Positions 1-12,600 of a stretch of DNA of 64,000 nucleotides are shown here, piece after piece. The notes under the pieces are model-generated. The model saw only the letters and a program-made list of their open reading frames with translations. It made no database searches and was not told the origin of the DNA. Made by a program: the position numbers and the translations under genes. The first letter of the stretch is position 1. Each line of letters opens with the position of its first letter. Source of the stretch: Ruditapes philippinarum (lineage: Eukaryota); assembly GCF_026571515.1 (NCBI RefSeq), contig NW_026854747.1, forward strand, positions 124,001 to 188,000. Direction: 5' to 3'.

Positions 1-578
1 TGAAACGCAACTAATATAAATTTACATTTTGTGTAAGTCCAAAGTTACGTAAAAAGATACGCAAAACTTACTGAATGTTCGTGAAACGCTCGCCTGTACT
101 GTCTGACCAGGCTCTATTGTGCTTTTGTTTATTTTCTTTTTTACATACAATAACATCGTAATGATTTCAAAGTAATAAGATATACATTTTTACTTAATTT
201 TTATTCCTTGATAAGTCAATAACACATATATCTATATTTGTATATACTAAAACTATATCTTCAGATGAATACATATTAAATTTTAGTTGAAAGATTTCTC
301 GACCACTCCCCCCCCCCCCCCTCAAAAAAAAAATCTTCATCATTAAATTTCATTGAATCTTCATGCGAAATGAAAACACTTTTGATCAGCTGATAAAGTG
401 CTGCTGGAAGTTTGTTTATCATATTGTATCAGGATATAGTATATCCCCATGTTGTATTGCCATGTACCTGGGAAGGAAATAAAGAGATCTTTACAAGATT
501 TCAGCAATAACAGGATTATAACTTAAATTTTACCTTTTTGAAAACTGATAAACTGCAAATACTATGATAAAATCTAAC

Positions 579-674
579 CTGTATCATTTTCGTGTGAAGA
601 CCTTGCCCCATCTCTACACCACCATGTGTTAGTAATACTGATCCATCCTGGTATATATGTACCAATGCACCAGC
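579..674 (-). CDS. XDH: XDH exon 26
   Basis: [32 protein letters not shown]. Confidence 0.95.
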
Positions 675-3600
675 CTATAAGTATTATACCAAAAAAACAT
701 TATTACAAAATATTACAATGAAATATGCATGTCTAAAATTTCAAAAGAGATGTTTGTGAACCATGTATGCCTCCCATGTATTAATTAATGAGACATGTTA
801 CATTGTGAAACATGTATGCTTTTATACATGTACCTACTAATATAGAGTCATGTTATATTGTAAATCATTTAAAGATCAGGACATGGTCACTGTGACCTTG
901 TCCTAACTGTAATTGGCTGGTTACTGCAAAGATTTTCTTAATTTCTATAACTAAAACATATTTTATATGAAACATGAATTTGTTTTGATAAGGTCACTGA
1001 GGCCTTTGACTGTATGACTGACTAACCTTAAAATCTATTGGGGTCATCTACTAGTCATGACAAATCTCCACACAAAGTCTTAGGGCTGTTAGCTCAGTCT
1101 CAAGTTATTGGTTGGACTAACATTTATTGGTCAAGGCCACTGTGACCTTTGACCGACTACTTAAAATAAATAGGAATTATCAACTTGTGATGACCAACCT
1201 CCACACAAAGTCTTAGGATTGTTAGGCTATAGTATTATTAAGTTATTGGTGAGACAAGTGTGCTTTACAGATTGACCGACTGATTGATGGATTGGCAGGC
1301 GCAGTAAAAGCAATTAACCCCCTCTCTTTCAAAGGGGTCATCATTAAATAAAATTCAAATTAAGAAATTAATAGAATAGCTTGTTTTTATATCAGAGAAA
1401 ACAGACTGACTGTTGTACCTTTCATGTTTTTAAAATTACTAGTTCTAAACCTCAGCCTAAAATAGTATGCAGCATAGCCATTTAGAAATAAAGTATAGCT
1501 TGTCTCTAAACTGAGGACATTAGTCAACAACTGTTATACACAAAATTTAAACACCACTGAGGTCCAAATGCTTAGAAACATAAATTTTCAAAATCATAAA
1601 TGTAACGAATATCAAGTGAAGCAGTTAAAATGGAACAATCTGCAAAGGACAACAAAAAAATATACACAGAATTAAATGAGACATTTTAAACAACTTTTAG
1701 CCAGTTTTGAGCGAAACTCTTTTTATTTGCACTATAAAAATGATCATTCTAGAAAAAGGGAGAGAGGGACTGACCTGAAAATGTACTCACAAATAACTGG
1801 TCTAGACCTACATCAGTAGGTACAAAAATCTCGAAAAAATATTTGCAGTCCTGTCATGTCAATAAATCTCAGTGGAGTGCCTTTAATATGTCAGAAAAAA
1901 ATTGTACCTGATTTAAGAACTGAGCAGTATAGGAAATTCCAAACTTTGTTGCCACCATTGTGATACCTCTTTTCTTCCAACGATTTTCACTGTGGATATA
2001 ATAAATCAATCTTTTAGAATCAAATTTTCATAAAAGTTAACACAATAGACAAACTGATAACGGAAATTCTTATTGCTGGAAAATTCTAGAATTTTTTTAA
2101 AAAAACATAATGAAGCCTTTTGGGTTTTTTTTTTGTAATAACATTCTTTTTATGCTGCAAGGAAAACAATGTTGTGAAAAACTGAATATTTTAATAAAAT
2201 AGATTAACCCATTACTTCATATACACGCCTTTTAACGCCTTTTTCACCCCCCCCCCTTTTTTGTTGTCTCAAATGATGAAAAAATGCCTTATTTAGGCCC
2301 CAAACACTTGTTTTTGTTTGAGAAATGTTGTTAAAAAAAGTGACCTCTTTTTCGGCGCGGCCCCCCAACCAAAAGATACATCAGGGGGTTGCCAGAAGGG
2401 GGATGTGCCCCCTTCTGTTTGGGGGGTTTGAAGGGGAGCGGAGTCCCCGCTCATCGCCAAGAAAATTTTGGACTTGTGAGAGGCTGTAAATGACCCCAGA
2501 TTGATCATAAGGTAACGTGTAACCAACGCTGAAAAGCATTTGACTCTATCTCAATCCATTGAGAAGTTGCAGCAACTTGAAATCAATTTTGATGGAAAAA
2601 ATCAACGCAAAATAGTGATTTTTGGCAATTTTGAGATGTCCCCTCGTTGCCATGGTAACAGAAAATTTAAGCCTGAGCATGTTGTTGCAAGGGCAATGGT
2701 CCAGTCAACATTTGTGCCAAGTTTGATTAGTGTTGAAGCAGTTTTTATAGTATTATAGCAATTTGAACTTGTAACGGGAGACTTTTCAATGAAAACAGCC
2801 ATTTTTCACAAAATGCTCATGAAGTAATGGGTTAAGTTTAAAACTGAATGTTAATACTGACGGTCTGATGTCATGCTGTGTTACAATTGTATTGTTCTAA
2901 AGACACATTATGCCTCAGAAACAAACAAATATTTTACTTCTTTAGAAGGGGCAAACATGAATTTCATAATGTTGGAAAAATGGTTTCAGAGAAATGTTTA
3001 GTGCTCATTACCTAAAAATTTGTCATTAAAGTAGCAAAATGTAAACAAAGTTGTATTTTGACTTCCATACTATATACTAATTCACTATAACTGTACTTAC
3101 AGTGATGAAAAAGTTGGTTCTGGTAATTGGCCAATGAATAACTTTTTGGATACTATAAAGTACAGCAAAATTAAAAAGCTTTGGAGAAATAAAAATAAAA
3201 GCATTTTTGAGGCATAATGGGTCTTTAAAGAAACAATTTAATTTGAAGTTTTCTTCTCTAAAATATTTATTCTATAAAATAAAGATGGAGCTCAATTCAC
3301 AACGGTGAACTAACCTATTAAATATATCCACTTCCTTTTTACGTCTGAAATATTCACTCTGGGTCTTGCATTCGTTCCAACATTTCTGGATAGTACAGTT
3401 TACAAGTTCCTGCCCATAATGAGTTATGTCCCCTTCTTGATATAGATTTAGCTCCCTTATCTGAAGTATATGTCAAGGTCAATTAAATGAAATATGACTA
3501 ATAAATAAGGTATTGTAAGTAAATCCAAGCAACATATCACATATTATTTTCTAAAATAATAATTCTTCATGCTTGTAAATTTGAAACAAGAACAGGTCAA

Positions 3601-6600
3601 ATCTTTCTTATACTCAGGCTTGAAATTATACTTCCATTTTACATTTGAAATTAAATGAGATAAAAAAAGGTTACCCAACACAGTAAAATACTTGGATGAA
3701 GTTTACCTCGATCAAGTCTGACTTTGATGGTAGCAACTTCACAAGATACAGATGTTACAAGGAACTCTGCAAATATGGGTTTTTCCCATCTAATCCAAAG
3801 GTACAAACAAACTTTTACAGTTATGATGTAACAGTGAGCTACCGTTCACAAAAGAATGGTCAACATGTTGTGCTTATTGTAGATATTTTTACCAAATTAT
3901 TACTGTAAAATGTTGTTTGTACCTCAGTACTTAAGATGGGTAGGACAATTACAGAGTTTCTGGAATATCTCTGTTATAAACAACAATCAGTATGACATTA
4001 ATACTTCTACCTTTACAGATGATACCGCCAGGGTGTACGCTACATCTGTAAAACACTGTTCAACTACCATCATGCCCTGCGGTCCACCAAATCCTCTGAA
4101 CGCTGTGTTGGATGGTATATTTGTCTTACATACATGGCCTGTTGTACGAACATTAGGAATCTTGTATGCATTGTCTATATGAAACATTGCACGCTGTGTT
4201 ACCTATAACAGACATAATATAATTATGTTCAAAATTAAATGGATTATAAACTCATAATAATTTAAAAAGTTTGAGTTATGTATTTGAATAATTCCTAGAG
4301 GAATCGGAGAACAAGACTGGGACAGAAATACAATAAAATCCTTCCATTATCAAAGATAGAGATAACTACAACATTACTGGTGGTGGTACCAGTACAAGTT
4401 GCCTTCACTTTCGCAAGAAACTGAAACTTCTGTACATACCAGAGTAGAGGTACAGTCCAAATGACTATAGAAAAGATTTGATAATCTATGACAACCGAAG
4501 TGACCTGCACCTTCCCGGTTTCAAGCCTGGGTCATCAAATTCACAGTCCATTGCTCTACTTACTGAGCTTACCGGATGGTTTCCACAGAATCACGAACAT
4601 TAGAATTGATATAATGTAGGATACTTACAGCCCATGATAGGTCCAGTGACATACCAGCATTACTATAAAGGTCAACCTCTAATGCTGTTATCTTTCCTCC
4701 ATCCATAAATCCTATCTATAAATAGAGTAGGTTCAAAGATTAATCTATAAATAGAGTAGGTTCAAAGGTTTTTAACAATGCAAGAGCTATTTAATGGCAG
4801 AAAGGGGCGTCCATGGCCGAGTGGTTATTGTCGTTGACTTCAAACCACTTGCCCCTCACTGCTGTGGGTTCCAATCCCGACAGGGACTTTGGATTCTTTC
4901 ATGTGAGGAAGCTATCCAGCTAGCTTACGGAACGTCAGTGGTTCTACTCAGGTGCCCGTTTGTGCCTGATATCATGCACGGAAAGGCACCTAAGGTCTTT
5001 CTCCACCTGTAAAGCTGGAACGTCGCCATATGACCTATACTGTGTCGGTGTGACGTAAAACCCAAACAAACAATAATGGCAGAAGGCATTCAAAAAATAC
5101 TATTATTATGCAATTAAAGTAAAACCTTTCCTTATGCAGATATTTTATTTTGAAAAATACAGTAATAAAGTATTACAATGTAATACATTTATGTATTCTA
5201 AGCTCAGCAATGCATAATTTCTAATGTTTTTTTCTATGTACATGTATGCTACTGCCTTTCTAACATAGTTTTACAAAAAAGTTTACAAACATATCCATGT
5301 TAAATGGGCTCCAGCAATCAATATCTTTGTTAAAGCATATCATTTTATCATTTAAAAATAAGACTTCATTCATTAATAAAATATAAGGGTGTAATAAACA
5401 CTCATAGATTAAGAGAAATGTTACTTTATATTTTGCATAGAAAGGATGTCTAGTCCCTGTCATCAACATATCCTCATCACGATCTAACATCACACGTACT
5501 GGACGTCCTAGTCTAAAAAATATATATTATATACCTATATCATCATAGCAATACTGTGAATTTTGAACAATGAAAAGGACCATGGCTTAGTGGTTAAGGT
5601 CTTGGCCTCTAAATCAAGGGATCAAGAGTATGCACAACTAGGCTTGGTAACAAACAATCCTGTGAAGTTTCACTGAAAAACCCCAGCAGTTTTGGTGATA
5701 AAGTGTGGACAAGCTTATTTTACTTGAAAATTGACCATTAAGGGGCCATTACTGTGCAAAAAAATATCATACAAAAAATCACGATACTATGTACAACTAA
5801 GCATGGTGACAAAAAATCCTGTGAAGTTTTACTGTAATCCCCTCAGCGGTTTTTGAGATGAAGCGCAGTCAAGATTACCAGATGGACAGACAGACAGGAC
5901 TGATGGACAGTGCAATTACTATATGCTACCCTTTGTGGGCATATAGATGAAGAAGTTTAACAAGATTCCTATGTTTGTTTGTTTGTTTGTTTCATTTTAC
6001 ACCTTTTTTCAACAGTATTTCAGTCATATAGGCGAGTAGTTTCCTAACCATCGTTCCTGGAGAGTTACACCAGTACTAGACTACCTTCCTCCGCGCTAAA
6101 CTACCAAAGCATCTCCCGGGGATCAAACCCACGCCAGAGAGGTAACTGGATTAGAAGTCATTGACTCTAACCCCTCAACCACGGAGGCGGACAAGATTCC
6201 TATGTACATATAAATGATATACTTAAACAGCAACCATTTGATTTTAAATAAATATTTAATACAAATACATGTATGATATAAACAATAACTGTTATTTACT
6301 TGTTGGCTGCTACAGCAACAGGTGTAGAAATGATAATGGATCTGGTTTCCTTCCCTCCAAACCCACCACCTAGCCGTTTCACTCGGACAACAATTCTGTT
6401 GGCAGGAACATTTAATGCCTCTGCTGTAACACTCTGTAATTATACACGGCATTAATTAATGCTTACCCTACATGCTTAAACCAACGCTAGTCTTTCCGTT
6501 AGATTTACCCATGCTTAGGATGATGTAATTTTACTGTTATGAATGAAGTTGTGATTGATTTCATATGCTGTTGTAAGAAAATAGTTATGGGTGAAATGAC

Positions 6601-9600
6601 TTAAATTTCCATGGAAAATTGTTTTATTAAGGGAAAGTATTTGAAGTATAATGGAATATGGTAGAATATGCAAGAAAATCTGACACATGTTTGTGGTTTG
6701 GATGGGAATATCCGTCCCTCGGGAACCCACCCATATACCGATCTGAATCATAACATATGACAGATATTATTAGTATTTGTCAACAATATAGACATCTATG
6801 CAGTCAGACAATGGCTCTCCCCTGTTAGTAGATCAATTTTTTGTATTTTAATTGATATTGGTATACCCTTAACTTGAACAGACTATTTGAAATTCAAAGC
6901 AGGGAAAAGTCATTACAAAAAAGCCTGCAGGGTCAGTGTAAATTTCTACTTATCCTTATCTATTTGTGTAATGCAGAAGCCCAGTGCTTTGAATTAAGAT
7001 CAGTCTACAAGTACTCACCCTTTACATAGTCAATTAGTGATATGTATTTCTCTAAAATGTCACTTGTATCTGGTACAGTGCATGCCAACAGTATAGAGTC
7101 AAATTGCACTAATCACTTATGGTGGCAGAAGATACAGGGTTAAAATTTAAGGTATTCAAATTAAAAGTAGGAATTGATGCTAAAGACAATGAAAGGTATG
7201 TTGTTATAGTTTTAAAAGAAAAATATTCAAACAAGTTATATTTCCAATTTGTACTGAAATAACAACAAATACATCTGACAGATTTTTGATTCCTGCAGAT
7301 AAAATGAAAGTAGAAAATAAGGTAGACCATATTTTTCAGTTGAATTTAACCAAATGCCTTTTCCCTTATTTCCTTATAAACAATAATTCCTTAGCTTTAA
7401 CTTATTCTTTTCATTCATTAAAGAAGGGAAATTTATTGTTCTTTATAACCGAAAATTTGCTATTACAATGTTTGCTATAAGAAGAGTTTACTGTATTGTT
7501 TATTTGTTTTATTTGGACATTTAAGAGGAAACATTTTACCTGTGTTTCAGTAGGATTTTGTGTGGACACAAACATTTCCATTTCACCATCTTCTAATTTA
7601 GGCACAGCAATGACAGCTTGTGTTTCCAGATAGAAATGTTCCTGACCACCCACATGACATTCACCTTCTATCACATGATCAGCTTGCTGGAATGCTGCAT
7701 TCACATCACCACAATTAATTGACAGTGGTTTACCATAGAATGATCCCGCCTCAATAGCCTCCTATAATTATTACAATATAGTAAATTGACAGAGGTTAAA
7801 TGTAATATGATCCCCCCAGATACTTTCTTTATTACAGTATAATAGTTAATTGACAAAGGTTTACAAAAGAATAATTCAGCCCTATATTACAGTACCTTTA
7901 ATTGGCATGGTTTACCATAGAATGATCCTGTCTTATGGCTTCCCCTTTTAAATACAGTTAATTGACATAGGTTTACAGTAAAATGATCCAGCCTCAATAG
8001 CTTACTAGGTAACTACATTAAAATATGGTCAACTGACAGATGGTTTACTGTAGAATGGTCCGGTTTTAATAATTTACAGTACATTTTTTATATGATCAGG
8101 CCTTGAAGGTACCCTATTATACAGTACAGTTAACTGACAGTTGTTTTCTATAGAATGATCCAACCTTAATATCTTTCTATATAACAGTACAGCTAGTTCA
8201 TGCGTTTTTTTGTTTTTTTTGTTGTTGTTTTTTTAGTAAGGAAATAGATGAGCTTATGGTCCAGGTGTATTCCTCTCAAACTAGATATTATGGGTTTGAG
8301 CCTAATTTGAGCTATGTTAATGCTCCCTCATATGACACATATGATATATTCTGTGGTAAAACTCTGTTACTCAACTACATTGTATTATAGGGAACTGTCA
8401 ATGTAAATGGATTAATAGTGTTCAATTATTTTCAGATTCTGACAGAATAATCCTCGGATCATATTATCAGCTGCAGGTCTGCTGTTATACATTCTGTAAG
8501 ACAAAACCACAATAACTGACTATTATTATTTACAAGCAAAGGGAGCAAACTCAAACAAAAATACATGAATTAATATTTACCTTTATAGTGATGATTGGTT
8601 TTAACTCTTCATATTCCACTTTAACACATTTAGCTGCTCTCTGTGCTTGTATTTGAGTTTCTGCAACTATTCCAGCTATAATCTGTCCTTCACATAGTAC
8701 CTATAACATATTGTACAAAATTATGAACATATTTTCTACAATATAAACACATTATTTATCACAATGTACTTACAACATTACCAATATACACACAATATCT
8801 ATCCTTGAAAACAAGTATATGCCAATGTGTCAAACATTAATCAAAAACTATGGTGGAAAAGCAGGACTGACCCAATATTGGTGACTACACAAGTTAATAT
8901 CATAGAAAGCATTCAAAAAGTTCAGTTATGTGTTCTATGGAAAACAATAGCCACACAGGATTGAATCAAAAGATTGACTGGTACGGGGATTAGTTTTAAA
9001 TGTCCCATATGGAGTTTTGGGACATATACTGTTTGTATACCTGAGATGAAGCAAAGATTTCCTCATCATCTGGAATAGTAGCTCCCCATTTGTTGTGACC
9101 GGGGACGTCCTTGTGAGAGATAAAGTCCACAACCCCAGGCATTGTCAGCGCTTCTGATGCATCAACATTGACAATGTTAGCATAGGCTTTCTTGCTGGTT
9201 ACAAATGCCATATACAACTCATCTGTTGACATAAAAAATAATAATAAAGCTAAGGTGTTTAACAGACCAGTGCGTAGGTCTAGGTACATATATAAATCTT
9301 TTTTTTTTTTGCAGGTTACAAATGCCATATACAGCTCTTTTGTAGACATCATAAAAAAGTAATAAAACTAAGGTGTTTAACAGGCCAAAGGGTAGGAATG
9401 GATATAAATATAATTCATTATTTTCCTAGCTAGTAAAATATTATGACCAGTGAGATATAATCTGGATCACTCACAGTCACTGTATATCTTTCACTTCAAC
9501 ACACATTGTTACACAAATAATCAACTGTAACATATCACTAATTCAGACAGTATATCAAGTTTATCATATGGGTGCATGTTCAAATATCAAAAAAATAATA

Positions 9601-12600
9601 AAGAAAACCCTGAATTTAATATTTGGCTTTAAAAATAGAAAAAGAGTCCTATCATGAGTATAAAAACCTGATCTTAGACAAATGCCTGAAACAGCAAAAT
9701 AAATGACATTCAGCTAGTTTTTTTTCTTTTAACAAGGATTTTAATGTGATTACATCAATTCTTAAACTATTTATGAATTAAGGATTTAACTCACTACAGT
9801 GTCGAAGAAGCATAGCTAGACACTTGACAAAATCATGATCACAAAGTAGAAAAATATCACTTTTTACGTTGATTTTAGCATTTTCAATTATTATAGTTTA
9901 TAAATCGGCATGAAAAGATGAATAAAATGTCTTAAAGTCCAGTTCAGCGGATGAAAAGTTGAGTTTTTAGCATTTAATCATTCAAGTCTGATATATACTG
10001 GAATATGGTATTTAGAGTGGTGCTCCTACACTTTTTATTAGTCTCACTCTGAATTTAATATATTGTTCATGTAGACAAAAATTGACTGGAAATAACAGGA
10101 TATATTGTCAGTTTTATATGTAATCTACATTAACTTACTGTGAAGTTTAGGCATATTGTCAATATAAATCATTTTGACAACACTTACTGTGAAGTTTAGG
10201 CATATCATCAATATAAATGGCTTCTCCAGTAGTTTGTTTCATTCCTGACATATGTTTGATATTACGACCGACGGGGTCATCTTCTAACTGCCCTGGGGCT
10301 ACTTCCTGGTACATCTGAATACTCTTTGACGAGTCACGGTGAAATGGGGGCGTGGCACTATGGAAGTATGAAGGTACTTTGGTTTTTGATAGGTGCTGAA
10401 AAAAATAAAGTGAAACAAAATAATATTACTGATAATAATATCATTCTAACTTAGTTTGTTTGGCATCTTGAACACGGCTAATAATTCTTAATATAAATCA
10501 TGGATAGAAATCAGGTCTGATTGACAACAAATATTCAATATAAATATATATCCATCTATGTCTGGATACTGCCAACCCCTCTCGTGAGTGTTAAAGGCAG
10601 GAATTAAGTGAAAGTCAGATTGTTAGTAAAAACTGAAAGAAAAGCAAAATAGTCCAAGCATTATGAACATAGAAAGGAAGTCCAAAAGCATAGCTTAATT
10701 GAAAGCAATTTCAGAATAAAATGACTATTTTAGTGCAAATTACCATAGACTGTAGTTGCATTTGTACTGTGAGGTAGAATTTGAAGAAAAAACTGATTGT
10801 AAGGGTTCGCCTGTACTCAACCATCCCTCCCGGTGCTCCAGCTTGTAACGGGAGATCATCGGCTAGCTGCTTGCATACATCTGTGACTAGACTTTCATCC
10901 CACTTCCTGTAACATACAAATACACCACAAAATATAGACTCATGATTTAATAATAAACATGATGCAACCTATATTTAGCATTTACCTTTTTTCTTTTTGG
11001 TTGTGATTTATGCTGCACCAAAACTGTAAAGGTCATATGGCAACTTTTCAGCTTTAATGGTTGTGGAGGATCTCAGTAAAGCTGGAAAGTTGACATATGA
11101 CCTATACAGTGTTGTTGCCAATGACCAGTATGTAATTATAAAACATAAATGATAAATTTTTTACCAGTGAGATATAAGTCATATCACATTGTTTAAAACT
11201 GACCGAGAAATAGATTTCTTGTCCCTGTTTTATATAATCAGGGATATTACAAATAAGAACACATAACAGGTTAAGATTTTCATGATGACATGGATAGTGT
11301 CATATAAGTTAGCATCATTAGGTGCAAATTCTGATAATCTTTTAATAATTTAATAGAACTAGAACTCCGCGAGTCGGATGTGTCGCCTTGTGAACAATAT
11401 AGTTTAGGAGAAATGGCAGGGACAAAAATGATATTTGAAAATCAACAAAGGGCAATAGCTCAAAAAATAAGAAATGCAGAGCAGCAGTTTCTATGCATTG
11501 CACTTCTCAGTATCAATAAGATCTATCATCCTACTAAGTTTCAAGTCAAAAGCTTTTATAATTTATGAGAAATGGCCTGGACAATAATAAAGTTTGAAAA
11601 TTAACAAGGGCAATAACTAAAAAAATAAGAAATGCAGAGTACCAGTTCTTGGGCACTGCACTTCTTCTTAATGAGATCTATCATCCTATGAAGTTTCATG
11701 TCCATAGCTTTTATACTTAAGGAGAAATGGCCTGGACAAAAATAAAGTATGAAAATAAACAAAGGGCAATAACTCAAAAAATAAGAAATGCAGAGTACCA
11801 GTTCTTGTGCACTGCACTTCTCCTTAATGAGATCTATCATCCTATGAAGTTTCAAGTCCATAGCTTTTATACTTGAGGAGAAATGGCCCGGACAAAAATA
11901 AAGTATGAAAATTAACAAAGGGCAATAACTCAAAAAATAAGAAATGCAGAGTACCAGTTCTTGTGCACTGCACTTCTCCTTAATGAGATCTATCATCCTA
12001 TGAAGTTTCAAGTCCATAGCTTTTATACTTGAGGAGAAATGGCCCGGACAAAAATAAAGTATGAAAATTAACAAAGGGTAATTACTTCAAAAAATAAGAA
12101 GTGCAGAGTACCCGTTCTTGTGCACTACACTTCAGGTCATTATAAGAAGCATGCATACCAAATTTGAAGTCAATTCGACTTATAATGACTGACTTATGCT
12201 CCGGACAAGCTTAAGGGGACGCCGACGCCGACGCCGACAACGACACCGCCGACAAAAGTAACACCTATATGTCGCCTTTTTCAAGGCGACACAAAAACTG
12301 TAAAATGCTGAATAAGATTAAAAGAATTTTTTTTAGGTGATTTAAAAACTATAACTTATCCTAGCCTTACCTTCCTACAGCAGCTGACATAGTTTTTGTG
12401 GGCATTACAGTTATAACAGACATGCCTCCATATGCCAGGGATAACTTCTTTATAACATTACTGTTATCTTCAAACTGTACATAAATCCCTGCATTAACTG
12501 TGGCAATATCATCTTCTCTTCTATATGCTTGCTTGTAACCACCAAAATACTCATTCTGTATCACAAAAGTACAATATTGTAACTATCAAAATACTCATTC

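Noticed and set aside
2293-2802. Transposase ORFs within the piggyBac-like element
   Set aside because: Short, overlapping, with no DDD or Cys-rich motifs
4803-4885. tRNA gene (also the heads at 13996 and 14920)
   Set aside because: Each tRNA-like head continues into a SINE body and tail (with TSDs at the 4803 copy); no intact cloverleaf seen
11601-12074. 157-aa repetitive ORF as a gene
   Set aside because: Translation of 156-bp HINE core repeats (52-aa period)
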